From an uncultured Planctomycetota bacterium (GTDB taxonomy: Bacteria; Planctomycetota; Planctomycetia; Pirellulales; Lacipirellulaceae), in the NCBI GenBank assembly GCA_963719315.1, contig CAVRBU010000018.1, forward strand, positions 64,001 through 128,000: DNA of 64,000 bases, read 5' to 3'. The notes under the pieces are model-generated. The model saw only the letters and a list, made by a program, of their open reading frames with translations. It did not search any database and had not been told where the DNA came from. This document shows positions 19,401 to 27,967 of the stretch, piece after piece (position 1 is the first letter of the stretch; each line of letters opens with the position of its first letter). A program made the translations under genes and the position numbers.

Positions 19401-21035
19401 ATGTCCGACGAAATCCTGCTCAACGAAGCCGCTTACGCCGTGTGGCAGACGGTAAAGGAGCGCGGGCCGATTGAGTTGGGCGAAGTGGTGAAGATTACCG
19501 GAGTCGATCAGGCTCAGGTTTCGGCGGCGGCAACGGAAGCTGTTGCAAATGGGTACTTCATAGCTGAAGAGCGTGAGCGCGAACAACTGATACCCTCTGA
19601 TAAAGCAAGGAAATCGCTTGATGATCGAGCACTTCCAGAAATCCTAGCTTTAAATCACTTAAAGGATATAGGAGAAGAAGCACTTCCCCAATTCATCGAG
19701 TGGTCGAAGATTTCGAACGTACCGGTAAACGAGGTGTTCAAATGGGGAGCGGTTCGCGGTTGGATAGAAAAGACGAAAGGACCAAAAGGTACCGTAGTTA
19801 GGATTACTGACGCTGGGTTGAAGAGACTCGAGAACATTTACGAAGAAGCAGATTTGGAAGCCCTACATCGTGCATGGACTTACGCAAGCAATTCCGAATC
19901 ATATTTTTTAGACCAATGCGGCGATGAAAAAGTCCAAGAAGTTGTTCGCTCTCGATTAGCGAACCGCCCGGAACTGGCAAGGATAAAGAAGCGAAATGAA
20001 AGGCTGTTGAGAATTTCGGGAGATGGCGCGGTAGCGTTCAGTTCGCGCGTTCGCAAAATCATCGAGCGCAACACCCTCACCCCCGAAGACCTCGAATCCG
20101 GCGCATGGCGCGAAATCAAACTACGGCCATACGATGTGAAGCTCGCGGCCAAGGATGTTTATCCGGCCAAGATCCATCCCCTCCGAAAAATCATCGAGCA
20201 AACCCGCCGCGCCTTCCTCGAAATGGGCTTCGCCGAGGTCGTGTCCCCGATGGTGGAGTCGGCGTTCTGGAATTTCGATGCGCTGTTTCAGCCGCAGGAC
20301 CACCCGGCCCGGGACATGCAAGATACGTTCTACATGCTCCACCCGGCCGAAGCGCCGCTGCCGGGTGAGTGGAACGGATTTCAGTCCGTTCACCAAGATT
20401 CCGTAGTCGGCGAACGGACTGAAGTCCGTTCCACGTCGCCCAACATTGTGAATAACGTTCGCCGCACGCACGAAGACGGCTGGGAAACGGGCAGCGAAGG
20501 GTGGGGATATACATGGAGCCAGGAAGTTTCGAAGCAAGTCGTCCTCCGCACGCACACGACGGCCGCCACGATTCGCGCCCTGGCCGCCAACCCGAATCCG
20601 CCCGGTAAATTCTTCTGCGTCGGCTGGACCTACCGCAACGAAACAATCAGTTTCAAGCACCTCCCGGTCTTCCATCAAGTGGATGGCATCATCATCGACG
20701 AGGAGGCCAACCTCGCGTCGTTGATGGGCACGCTGCAAGAGTTTTATTCGAAGATGGGCTTCGGCCGCGTGAAGTTCAAGCCGGCGTTTTATCCGTACAC
20801 CGAGCCGAGCGTGGATGTCGTCGTGTACATGGAATCGCGCGGCAAGTGGTTGGAAATGGGCGGGGCCGGCATCTTTCGCCCGGAGGTGACGCTGCCCCTC
20901 GGTTGCAATTTCCCCGTGCTCGCGTGGGGGCTGGGAATCGAGCGATTGGCGATGCTACGGTTCGGCCTGTCGGATATTCGCGAGTTGTATCGGCCGAGCC
21001 TTGATGCGCTCGAAGGGATAACGCTGTGCAGGTAG
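19401..21035 (+). CDS. pheS: Phenylalanine--tRNA ligase alpha subunit, archaeal/eukaryotic type
   Basis: 544 aa with long N-terminal extension; FWNFDALFQPQDHPARDMQDTFY, LRTHTTA, FKPAFYPYTEPS, GAGIFRPEV, AWGLGIERLAM. Confidence 0.95.
   Translation: MSDEILLNEAAYAVWQTVKERGPIELGEVVKITGVDQAQVSAAATEAVANGYFIAEEREREQLIPSDKARKSLDDRALPEILALNHLKDIGEEALPQFIEWSKISNVPVNEVFKWGAVRGWIEKTKGPKGTVVRITDAGLKRLENIYEEADLEALHRAWTYASNSESYFLDQCGDEKVQEVVRSRLANRPELARIKKRNERLLRISGDGAVAFSSRVRKIIERNTLTPEDLESGAWREIKLRPYDVKLAAKDVYPAKIHPLRKIIEQTRRAFLEMGFAEVVSPMVESAFWNFDALFQPQDHPARDMQDTFYMLHPAEAPLPGEWNGFQSVHQDSVVGERTEVRSTSPNIVNNVRRTHEDGWETGSEGWGYTWSQEVSKQVVLRTHTTAATIRALAANPNPPGKFFCVGWTYRNETISFKHLPVFHQVDGIIIDEEANLASLMGTLQEFYSKMGFGRVKFKPAFYPYTEPSVDVVVYMESRGKWLEMGGAGIFRPEVTLPLGCNFPVLAWGLGIERLAMLRFGLSDIRELYRPSLDALEGITLCR
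20369..20434. repeat. REP doublet in frame inside pheS (66 bp)
   Basis: GTGGAACGGATTTCAGTCCGTTC ... GAACGGACTGAAGTCCGTTCCAC; same family as 9988-10038. Confidence 0.88.
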
Positions 21036-21046
21036 TTTTCGCTTGA

Positions 21047-21130
21047 GTAGGTCCCGCTTGCCGAGCGGGACCTCAACACACCATTAACAATTGATCATCA
21101 TCAAGGTCCCTTCCGGCAGAAGGGACCTAC
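21047..21130. repeat. GTAG-type REP doublet between pheS and pheT
   Basis: GTAGGTCCCGCTTGCCGAGCGGGACC ... GGTCCCTTCCGGCAGAAGGGACCTAC. Confidence 0.88.
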
Positions 21131-21148
21131 AAGTTTTGCGGCAAGAAT

Positions 21149-23005
21149 ATGCCGATAGTGAATATCGACCTGATTTGGCTGAATCGGCTGTTGGGGAAGC
21201 CGTATGAAACCGAGACGCTGCGCGAATCGCTGGAGCAGATCGGCTGCGACGTGGAGGACGTCGTCGATATCGAGCGCAGCCGCTGCCCGCAGTGTGGTTC
21301 GCTCGTGGAGCATCCTCTAGGGCAGGACGAAGTAAAGGCCTGCACGCTGTGCGGGTTCGAATCGGAGGCTGCGTTCAAGAACGCGGGCAGTCAGCAAGTG
21401 ATGCGGCTGGATTTGCTGGCAGATCGACCCGATTTGTTCGACGTGGGCGGCTTGGCCCGGGCACTCCGCGGCACGCTCGGCATTGAAAGTGGCTTGCCGA
21501 AGTATGACGTGAAGGCTTCTGGCCTGACGGTGACCGTCGATAATTCGGTCACGGAGGAGTCGAGCTACCGGCCGTTCATCGCATGTGCGGTGATGACGCT
21601 GCCGGCCGTGGATGAGACAAGCCTTGTCGCGATCATGAAGCTTCAGGAGAACCTGCACTGGGGCGTCGGACGCGACCGCAAGCTGGCCTCGATCGGAGTT
21701 TACGATCTTTCGACGATTACCGGACCGATTGTTTACCGCACGATGGACCCCGACAAAGAGCCGTTCGTTCCACTCGGCATGCCGGGCAAAAAAATGACGG
21801 GGTGGCAGATACTTGAATCGCACCCGAAGGGCATGTCTTACACCGACTTACTTGCCAGCCATAAACGCTATCCAGTGCTCGTCGACAGCAAGGGGCAAGT
21901 CCTCTCGATGCCGCCGATCATCAACAGCGAAGAGACGAAGCTGAAGCTGGGCACTTCACGGGTGTTCATCGACGTGACCGGCATCAGCCAGGCGGCCGTT
22001 ACGAAATCGCTTGATACGCTGGTTTGTTCGCTGGCAGAAATCGGCGGAAAGATTGAAACCGTCGCGATTCGCGATGCCGATGGGAAGCAGCGCATCACGC
22101 CGGATCTCGCGCCCCGATCCAAGGAAATCAACGTCGCCGAAGCCAAACGCTGGCTGGGCTTGCCGCTGGATGAGAAATCGTTGGCGGCAGCGCTGCGCAA
22201 AATGCGCTTCGACATAGTTGCAGGAAGCGGGGAGCAAAGAGCAGGAAGTAAGAAGAGCGGTTCAAAACCTGCTTCCGACTCCCCGCTCCCTGCTCCCTGC
22301 TCTGTGCTCTACCCCGCTTATCGCACCGACATCCGCCACATGGTCGATCTGTTTGAGGACGTAGCGATCGGCTATGGCTACGCGAACATCGAGCCGCGCC
22401 TCGTGCGGTCGATGACCGTGGGTACTCCGCGACCGGAGGAAACGCTCAGCGATCGTGTGCGGCAAGTGCTCATCGGCCTAGGCTACAGCGAAATCATGAG
22501 CTTGCCGCTCACGACGGAGGAGCATCAATTCGAGCGGCTGCGATTGCCGACGCCGGAGCGCTATCCGCAGGTGGCGAATCCGAAGTTGAAGGCGTATAAC
22601 GTCGTGCGGACGCACCTGATGGGCGGTCTGTTCGAGGCGCTGCGCGAGAATCGCCGCCGGCCGATGCCGCAACGGTTGTTCGAGATCGATAACGTGACTC
22701 AACTCGATGACAAGGCCGAAACCGGCGCCGCCGAAGAGCGGCGCATGGCGCTCGTCGAGATCGGCCGCGAGAGCGGATACGCGACGGCGCGCAGCGTAAT
22801 GGACGCGCTCCTTCGAGAGTTGGGCTGGAAAGCCGAGTACGCGGCGGTTGACAACAAAGTGTTCGTCGAAGGGCGGGCCGCTACGTTTTCTGTGGATGGA
22901 AAGCCGGTCGGCATCCTCGGCGAGGTTCACCCCGAAGTGCTGACCAACTTCGGGCTCACGTATCCAGTCGCGCTAGCAGAATTGATTCTGCAGCGCGTCA
23001 TCTGA
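21149..23005 (+). CDS. pheT: Phenylalanine--tRNA ligase beta subunit, archaeal/eukaryotic type
   Basis: 618 aa; DRPDL, LQENLHWGVGRDRKLASIGVYDL, VLSMPPIINS, YRTDIRHMVDLFEDVAIGYGY, GEVHPEVL; no recognisable bacterial B2 (OB) or B8 domain. Confidence 0.93.
   Translation: MPIVNIDLIWLNRLLGKPYETETLRESLEQIGCDVEDVVDIERSRCPQCGSLVEHPLGQDEVKACTLCGFESEAAFKNAGSQQVMRLDLLADRPDLFDVGGLARALRGTLGIESGLPKYDVKASGLTVTVDNSVTEESSYRPFIACAVMTLPAVDETSLVAIMKLQENLHWGVGRDRKLASIGVYDLSTITGPIVYRTMDPDKEPFVPLGMPGKKMTGWQILESHPKGMSYTDLLASHKRYPVLVDSKGQVLSMPPIINSEETKLKLGTSRVFIDVTGISQAAVTKSLDTLVCSLAEIGGKIETVAIRDADGKQRITPDLAPRSKEINVAEAKRWLGLPLDEKSLAAALRKMRFDIVAGSGEQRAGSKKSGSKPASDSPLPAPCSVLYPAYRTDIRHMVDLFEDVAIGYGYANIEPRLVRSMTVGTPRPEETLSDRVRQVLIGLGYSEIMSLPLTTEEHQFERLRLPTPERYPQVANPKLKAYNVVRTHLMGGLFEALRENRRRPMPQRLFEIDNVTQLDDKAETGAAEERRMALVEIGRESGYATARSVMDALLRELGWKAEYAAVDNKVFVEGRAATFSVDGKPVGILGEVHPEVLTNFGLTYPVALAELILQRVI
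22220..22303. repeat. Heptamer-arm palindrome, (GGGAGCA)n / (TGCTCCC)n, in frame inside pheT
   Basis: GCAGGAAGCGGGGAGCAAAGAGCAGGAAG ... CTGCTTCCGACTCCCCGCTCCCTGCTCCCTGCTC; encodes AGSGEQRAGSKKSGSKPASDSPLPAPCS. Confidence 0.85.
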
Positions 23006-23014
23006 CAACGCCGG

Positions 23015-23080
23015 CTCACGCAAAGGCGCCAAAGCGCAAAGAAAGTTGCATTGCTTCGTGCCTTCGCGCCTTTGCGTGAG
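23015..23080. repeat. Short tandem-arm palindrome after pheT
   Basis: CTCACGCAAAGGCGCCAAAGCGCAAAG ... CTTCGTGCCTTCGCGCCTTTGCGTGAG. Confidence 0.85.
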
Positions 23081-23136
23081 TCAAATCCGGCATAGCGCTG
23101 ATTGCGTTTTCATGACTGATCGGCAATTATTGCGGT

Positions 23137-24771
23137 ATGAGTATATCCGCAAATGCGCCGACAATCGCTGGCTTTCTTGCAAATAGCGCTGCCCGCCGCG
23201 GAGACGAACACGCTTTAGGTTATGTCCGCAGCGGAGAAATGCACTGGCTTACGTGGCAGCAGGTCGAGGCGCAAGCGACTCAATTAGCCGCGGCACTACG
23301 TGCCGCCGGGATCAGCCCCGGCGACCGCGTCGCCCAAGTTTCCGAGAACCGATACGAATGGATCATTACCGACCTCGCCTTGCATTTGGTTGGCGCGGTG
23401 CACGTGCCGATTCACGTCACGCTTTCCGGCGAGCAAATCGCCGAGCAGATTGTGGATTGCGGTGCCCGGTTGATGTTCGTTTCAAACCGGGATCTGCTGG
23501 AAAAGTTCGAAGAACTCCTGCCAGCCGGCAAGGTTATTTTCGTGCACGACGAACAAAATGATCGCCAATGGGGACCACCGCTAGGCAAGCCGCCACTGTC
23601 ACCCGACCCGCCTAGTGCCAAACTCCAGCCCCATTCGCTCGCAACGATTCTCTACACCTCCGGTACAACAGGCCGCTCGCGGGGCGTGATGCTCAGCCAC
23701 GGAAACCTGGCATCCAACGCAGCCGCCACTGCCGATGCCTTCGGCGACGACCACCCCGAATTGCGGCTGTGTGTGCTGCCTTTGAGCCATATCTACGCGC
23801 GCACCTGCGATCTTTACACCTGGCTGTATCGCGGTTCGCAGCTCGTGCTGGCCGAGAGCCGCGAGACGCTAGCCCGCGACTTGCAGCTTGTTCGGCCGAC
23901 AGCACTCAACGCGGTGCCATACATTTATCAGCGAGTCGCCGACCGCGTGCGAACAAGTGAAGGCGACCCCGCACAGGTTTTACGCGATTTTTTCGGCGGG
24001 CGCATTGAGCAGTTGAATTGCGGCGGGGCGCCGCTGGCGCCGGAGACCGAAGCCTGGTACGCGCAGCAGGGCCTGCCCATTTTGCTCGGTTATGGATTGA
24101 CGGAAACGTCGCCTGTGGTCGCTGCCTCGACGCCGAAGTCGAATCGCGCCGGTGCAGTTGGCCGGCTACTGCGTGATGTGGAAGTTCGAATCGCCGCTGA
24201 CGGCGAAATCCTGGTGCGGGGACCGAATGTGATGCTCGGCTATTGGCACGATGACGCGGCGACTGCCGCTGCCATCCAGGACGGCTGGTTCCATACAGGC
24301 GACCTTGGCGAACTCGATGCTGATGGTTTCTTATTCATCCGTGGCCGCAAAAAAGAATTAATCGTACTCTCGACCGGAAAGAAAGTCGCACCTACGCGGG
24401 TGGAACTATTGCTCACGGCCTCGCCCCTGATTGAGCAGGCTGCGGTGTTCGGCGACGACCAGTGCGGACTCATTGCCCTAATCGTCCCCGCCGCTTGCGG
24501 CTTAGCCAATTCCCCTGACAATGGCGCGCTAAACGAGAAATTCGCCGTCGAAATCAACCGTTGCCTCGCATCGGCCGCGCACGAGGAGCAAATTCATCGC
24601 TTTGCACTCCTCGATCGGCCGTTCTCAATCGAACGCGGCGAAATGACCGGCAAGTTGAGCCTCTGCCGGGCCGTGATCGCCCGCAATTTTGCCGCTGAAT
24701 TAAGCAAGCTGTGTACACAGAAGCCGGTCGGCAAAGAGCGGAACTCAGGTGGGATCGAATCCACACTATGA
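23137..24771 (+). CDS. Long-chain fatty acid--CoA ligase (AMP-binding)
   Basis: ILYTSGTTGRSRGVMLSH, GYGLTET, GWFHTGDLG, GRKKELIV. Confidence 0.9.
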   Translation: MSISANAPTIAGFLANSAARRGDEHALGYVRSGEMHWLTWQQVEAQATQLAAALRAAGISPGDRVAQVSENRYEWIITDLALHLVGAVHVPIHVTLSGEQIAEQIVDCGARLMFVSNRDLLEKFEELLPAGKVIFVHDEQNDRQWGPPLGKPPLSPDPPSAKLQPHSLATILYTSGTTGRSRGVMLSHGNLASNAAATADAFGDDHPELRLCVLPLSHIYARTCDLYTWLYRGSQLVLAESRETLARDLQLVRPTALNAVPYIYQRVADRVRTSEGDPAQVLRDFFGGRIEQLNCGGAPLAPETEAWYAQQGLPILLGYGLTETSPVVAASTPKSNRAGAVGRLLRDVEVRIAADGEILVRGPNVMLGYWHDDAATAAAIQDGWFHTGDLGELDADGFLFIRGRKKELIVLSTGKKVAPTRVELLLTASPLIEQAAVFGDDQCGLIALIVPAACGLANSPDNGALNEKFAVEINRCLASAAHEEQIHRFALLDRPFSIERGEMTGKLSLCRAVIARNFAAELSKLCTQKPVGKERNSGGIESTL

Positions 24772-25106
24772 GATGGGTGCACGACCGCCAGGGCTCGATC
24801 TGGCGCCGTTTTTGGCAAGCTTGAAGCTTTTTTTGCCCGCGGCCCGGTGAGAGTCGCCCACGCGTCAAGCTGCAATGCCTAACGTACAGTCGGCACGACC
24901 GTTAGAACTGGCGATCTCTATCGTGCGGCTTTTGACCAAGAGGTTGCGGCGGCCTATATACCATTGGGGATATCCAGGCGCGTTTCGCCGACATTTGCCT
25001 GATATTCTTGCGATATTTGCCGCCGGGAATCCGTGCGCACGGACCCCGACGAGTCGAAGTCGTCCGCGGTTTAGCCTACGCATGAGCCGCTGCGCTTGAG
25101 TTACGC

Positions 25107-26444
25107 ATGGAAGAGATCGTTACGCCATCGTCCCCTCTGGAAACAGCCTCGCCGCTGTCGGCGACGGAGCTGCGCGAGCTCCAACAGCGGGCGCAGACGG
25201 CCCTCTCGGCCAGCAGGGAACAAGCTGCTCGTCTCGAAGCCGATATCACGCGCCAGCTCGATGAGATCGCCGCCACACTGGGCGAGCAGATTGCGTCCGA
25301 TTCGCAGTCGGCGTCCGATACCGACCGGCTCCAGTCCGAAGTAGCGCGTCTCACGGCGGAGTTCAATTCGTCGCGCAACGATTGGCTCGAAGAACGCCAG
25401 TCGCTCGAACGCGAGCGCAACGATCTCAAGACACAGGCCGAAGAACACGAAGTTCGACACCGAGCGTCGCAAGACGAATGGCGGAAGCAATTACTCGATT
25501 TCGAAGCCCGGCTCCAAGAACAGCAGATTTCCTGGAACGCGCAACGTTCGGAGTGGGCCGCCGACCGCGCCAACTTGGAACGCGATCGCGACGAGGTGCA
25601 GCACAAGTTCGAGTTGGCGCTGGAGGATGTGCAGCGGCTGCGCGAGCGGGTGGCAGAGCTGGAACACGACCTCGCTCGTCGCCCCGAGGCGGCTCAGGCC
25701 GATTCGACCGAAGTGGTCGCGCTCCGGGCCGAGCGGGACGCACTCGTCGAGCAGGTCGCTCAGCTCGAACAGAGACCGGCCAGCCAAATCGACCCGAATG
25801 TCGAGCAGCAGGTCTCCGATTTGCAGCGGAGATTTGAACTGGCGGTCGAGGATGTGCGGGAGCTCAAGACCAAAAACGCCAAACTCGAATCACAACTGGC
25901 GGCGTCCGCGAAGGGCCCGGCCAGCAAGCAGGACGCCGGCGGTATGGATTGGGAATCGCAGAAGCGGCGGCTGCTGGCTTCGCTCGATGACGGCAACGAT
26001 GAACAGGACGCTCCCACGCCACAGGAGCGAGTGACTATCGCGGGCACGATTGAAATTACGGACGCGGTTGTCGCCGAGAAGGATCGGCAACTCGCCGCCC
26101 TCGCCGCCGAGCTCGACGCGGCCCGCAACAAGCCGGCTGAAGACGTTGAAATCCGCGATCAAAGAATTGACGACCTAATCGACGCCGACGAAGTGATTGC
26201 CGGACATCGCAAGCGCTGTCAGCAACTCGAGCGCGAAGCAGAAGACAAATTGCGCGCCGCCGAATTGGAGTTGTCGGTCGAGCGGGCCAAAATGGCGCGT
26301 CAGAAGGCAGAACTAGAAGAACTGAGGTCCAGCCTCGCCTCACAGCGTCAGTCGTTCGAGGCAACCGGCGTGGCCCCCGTGCCGGGTGCGCCGAAACGCC
26401 GTTGGCTGTCGAAGCTTGGCATCGACGGGAAAGACAAAGAGTAA
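25107..26444 (+). CDS. Long coiled-coil hypothetical protein
   Basis: 445 aa, E/Q/R/L-rich heptads; MDWESQKRRLLASL; C-terminal RRWLSKLG. Confidence 0.75.
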   Translation: MEEIVTPSSPLETASPLSATELRELQQRAQTALSASREQAARLEADITRQLDEIAATLGEQIASDSQSASDTDRLQSEVARLTAEFNSSRNDWLEERQSLERERNDLKTQAEEHEVRHRASQDEWRKQLLDFEARLQEQQISWNAQRSEWAADRANLERDRDEVQHKFELALEDVQRLRERVAELEHDLARRPEAAQADSTEVVALRAERDALVEQVAQLEQRPASQIDPNVEQQVSDLQRRFELAVEDVRELKTKNAKLESQLAASAKGPASKQDAGGMDWESQKRRLLASLDDGNDEQDAPTPQERVTIAGTIEITDAVVAEKDRQLAALAAELDAARNKPAEDVEIRDQRIDDLIDADEVIAGHRKRCQQLEREAEDKLRAAELELSVERAKMARQKAELEELRSSLASQRQSFEATGVAPVPGAPKRRWLSKLGIDGKDKE

Positions 26445-26578
26445 ATCAGGTCGATCGCACCTGAAGCGGTCGTGACTCTTCAAGCCGCGCATTCCCGGGC
26501 GATTGTCTGCTTCGGAAGGCCCACAATAAATCCGAGAGAGTTGCGGCTCCCGACGACCGTAGCAATATCCGTCGCAAG

Positions 26579-27183
26579 CTACCGGGCTGATTCGCCGTCC
26601 ATCTGGTAGATGGCCAGGTACTTTCCGTCGACTACGAACTCGCGGACGTTAAACGTGCCTTCGACCGCGATTGGCCGGATCGTGAAATCGGTCGTGTTGC
26701 CGGGCTTCATTTCTACGAGGATGCAATCGTACAGCGCGGCACCGGGACCAAAGCAGCATTCCTGGTTGTCGCGCACCAGCACGAACTGTTGAATACCGTG
26801 TTTCTGCGGCGTTGGCAGAATGTAGCCGCGAATGCGAATCTTTTGGCCGCTGAGGGCTTTGATATCTTTCGTCAGCATCGTGTGGCGGAACTTGTCACCG
26901 GGCGTCATCTCGAAGCGGATGTCGTCGAAAGTTTTGTCGTACGGCTTGTCTCCGGCCCGTGCGAGCACGACTGTCTTCGCGCCGGGTTTCAGTTTCGGCG
27001 CGCCGGCGAGGCGACAGTCTTGTCGGTGGCTTCAACGGATGATCTTTTCGGAGGGTTCGTTGCCGCAGGCCCATCGCCGTTGCTAGCGCCGGCCTTTTCC
27101 GATTCGCAACCGGAGAGTAGCAGAGCCCCGCCCGTGGACAGCACGAAAACCAATATGTAAGCCGATCGGGCGCTGGTAGGCAT
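26579..27183 (-). CDS. DUF3299-like lipoprotein, apparent frameshift at about 27000
   Basis: Lipobox LLLSGC in the upstream frame; downstream LSGQKIRIRGYILP, FVLVRDNQECCFG. Confidence 0.75.
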
Positions 27184-27217
27184 CGTTGGCAATCCGGTAA
27201 TGACGACGAAGTGGCGC

Positions 27218-27937
27218 TCAGTTCTTAGCGTAATCCGCCTTCAGTGAGAATACTGGAGACTGGGATCCCAGTGACAGATTCTCCGGATGAATTTCCAAAA
27301 TGCCGCCCATCCTTAGAACGCTCAGGTTGTCATCCACGCGATCGCCATTCGTGATCTGCACGACCATTTGGTCATAGTATTTGACTTTGGATAGGTCGCC
27401 GAAACAGCATTGATTGTTGTCCCGAACCAGCAAGAAACGATCGATATTCGTCCGCGATGTTGCGGAGCCAGGACGGATATAACCTTTTATGAATATCTTT
27501 TTACCGTTGAGCGCGGCGATCTCGGGCGGCACGGCGACACCGCCGCGCTCCTGGATCTCATCGGGCTTCATCTCGTTAAAGGAAATTCGTGTATAGCCGT
27601 CGGGCACTTCGGTGGCGTACACATAGCCGCCATAGGCTACGCCGCCGACCAAAAAAACAGCCGACAAAATCAGCCCGATTCTGGCAAGCGCGAGCCCCGT
27701 GTATTGGTCGGGGTACTGACGAATCTTGGCCAATGCGCGCAGCGCAAAGAACATGCCGATCAATGGAATTGGCGTGACTACCAGGCAATACTCGAACGAC
27801 GTGGACGCGGCGATGACCACGCAGACCGATAATACTCCCAGAACCAGGGCGATGAGCGCACCGGTATGAAGGGCCTTGTATTGGAGGTCGTCTTCCTGCT
27901 CCGATACGGAATCAATATCAATCGTGGCTGTACTCAT
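27218..27937 (-). CDS. Membrane protein with C-terminal DUF3299-like domain
   Basis: N-terminal TM helices (DUF4190-like); LNGKKIFIKGYI, FLLVRDNNQCCFG. Confidence 0.75.
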   Translation of the reverse strand: MSTATIDIDSVSEQEDDLQYKALHTGALIALVLGVLSVCVVIAASTSFEYCLVVTPIPLIGMFFALRALAKIRQYPDQYTGLALARIGLILSAVFLVGGVAYGGYVYATEVPDGYTRISFNEMKPDEIQERGGVAVPPEIAALNGKKIFIKGYIRPGSATSRTNIDRFLLVRDNNQCCFGDLSKVKYYDQMVVQITNGDRVDDNLSVLRMGGILEIHPENLSLGSQSPVFSLKADYAKN

Positions 27938-27967
27938 CGAATTCAACTCTGTTCTGTCGAGGCCGGA

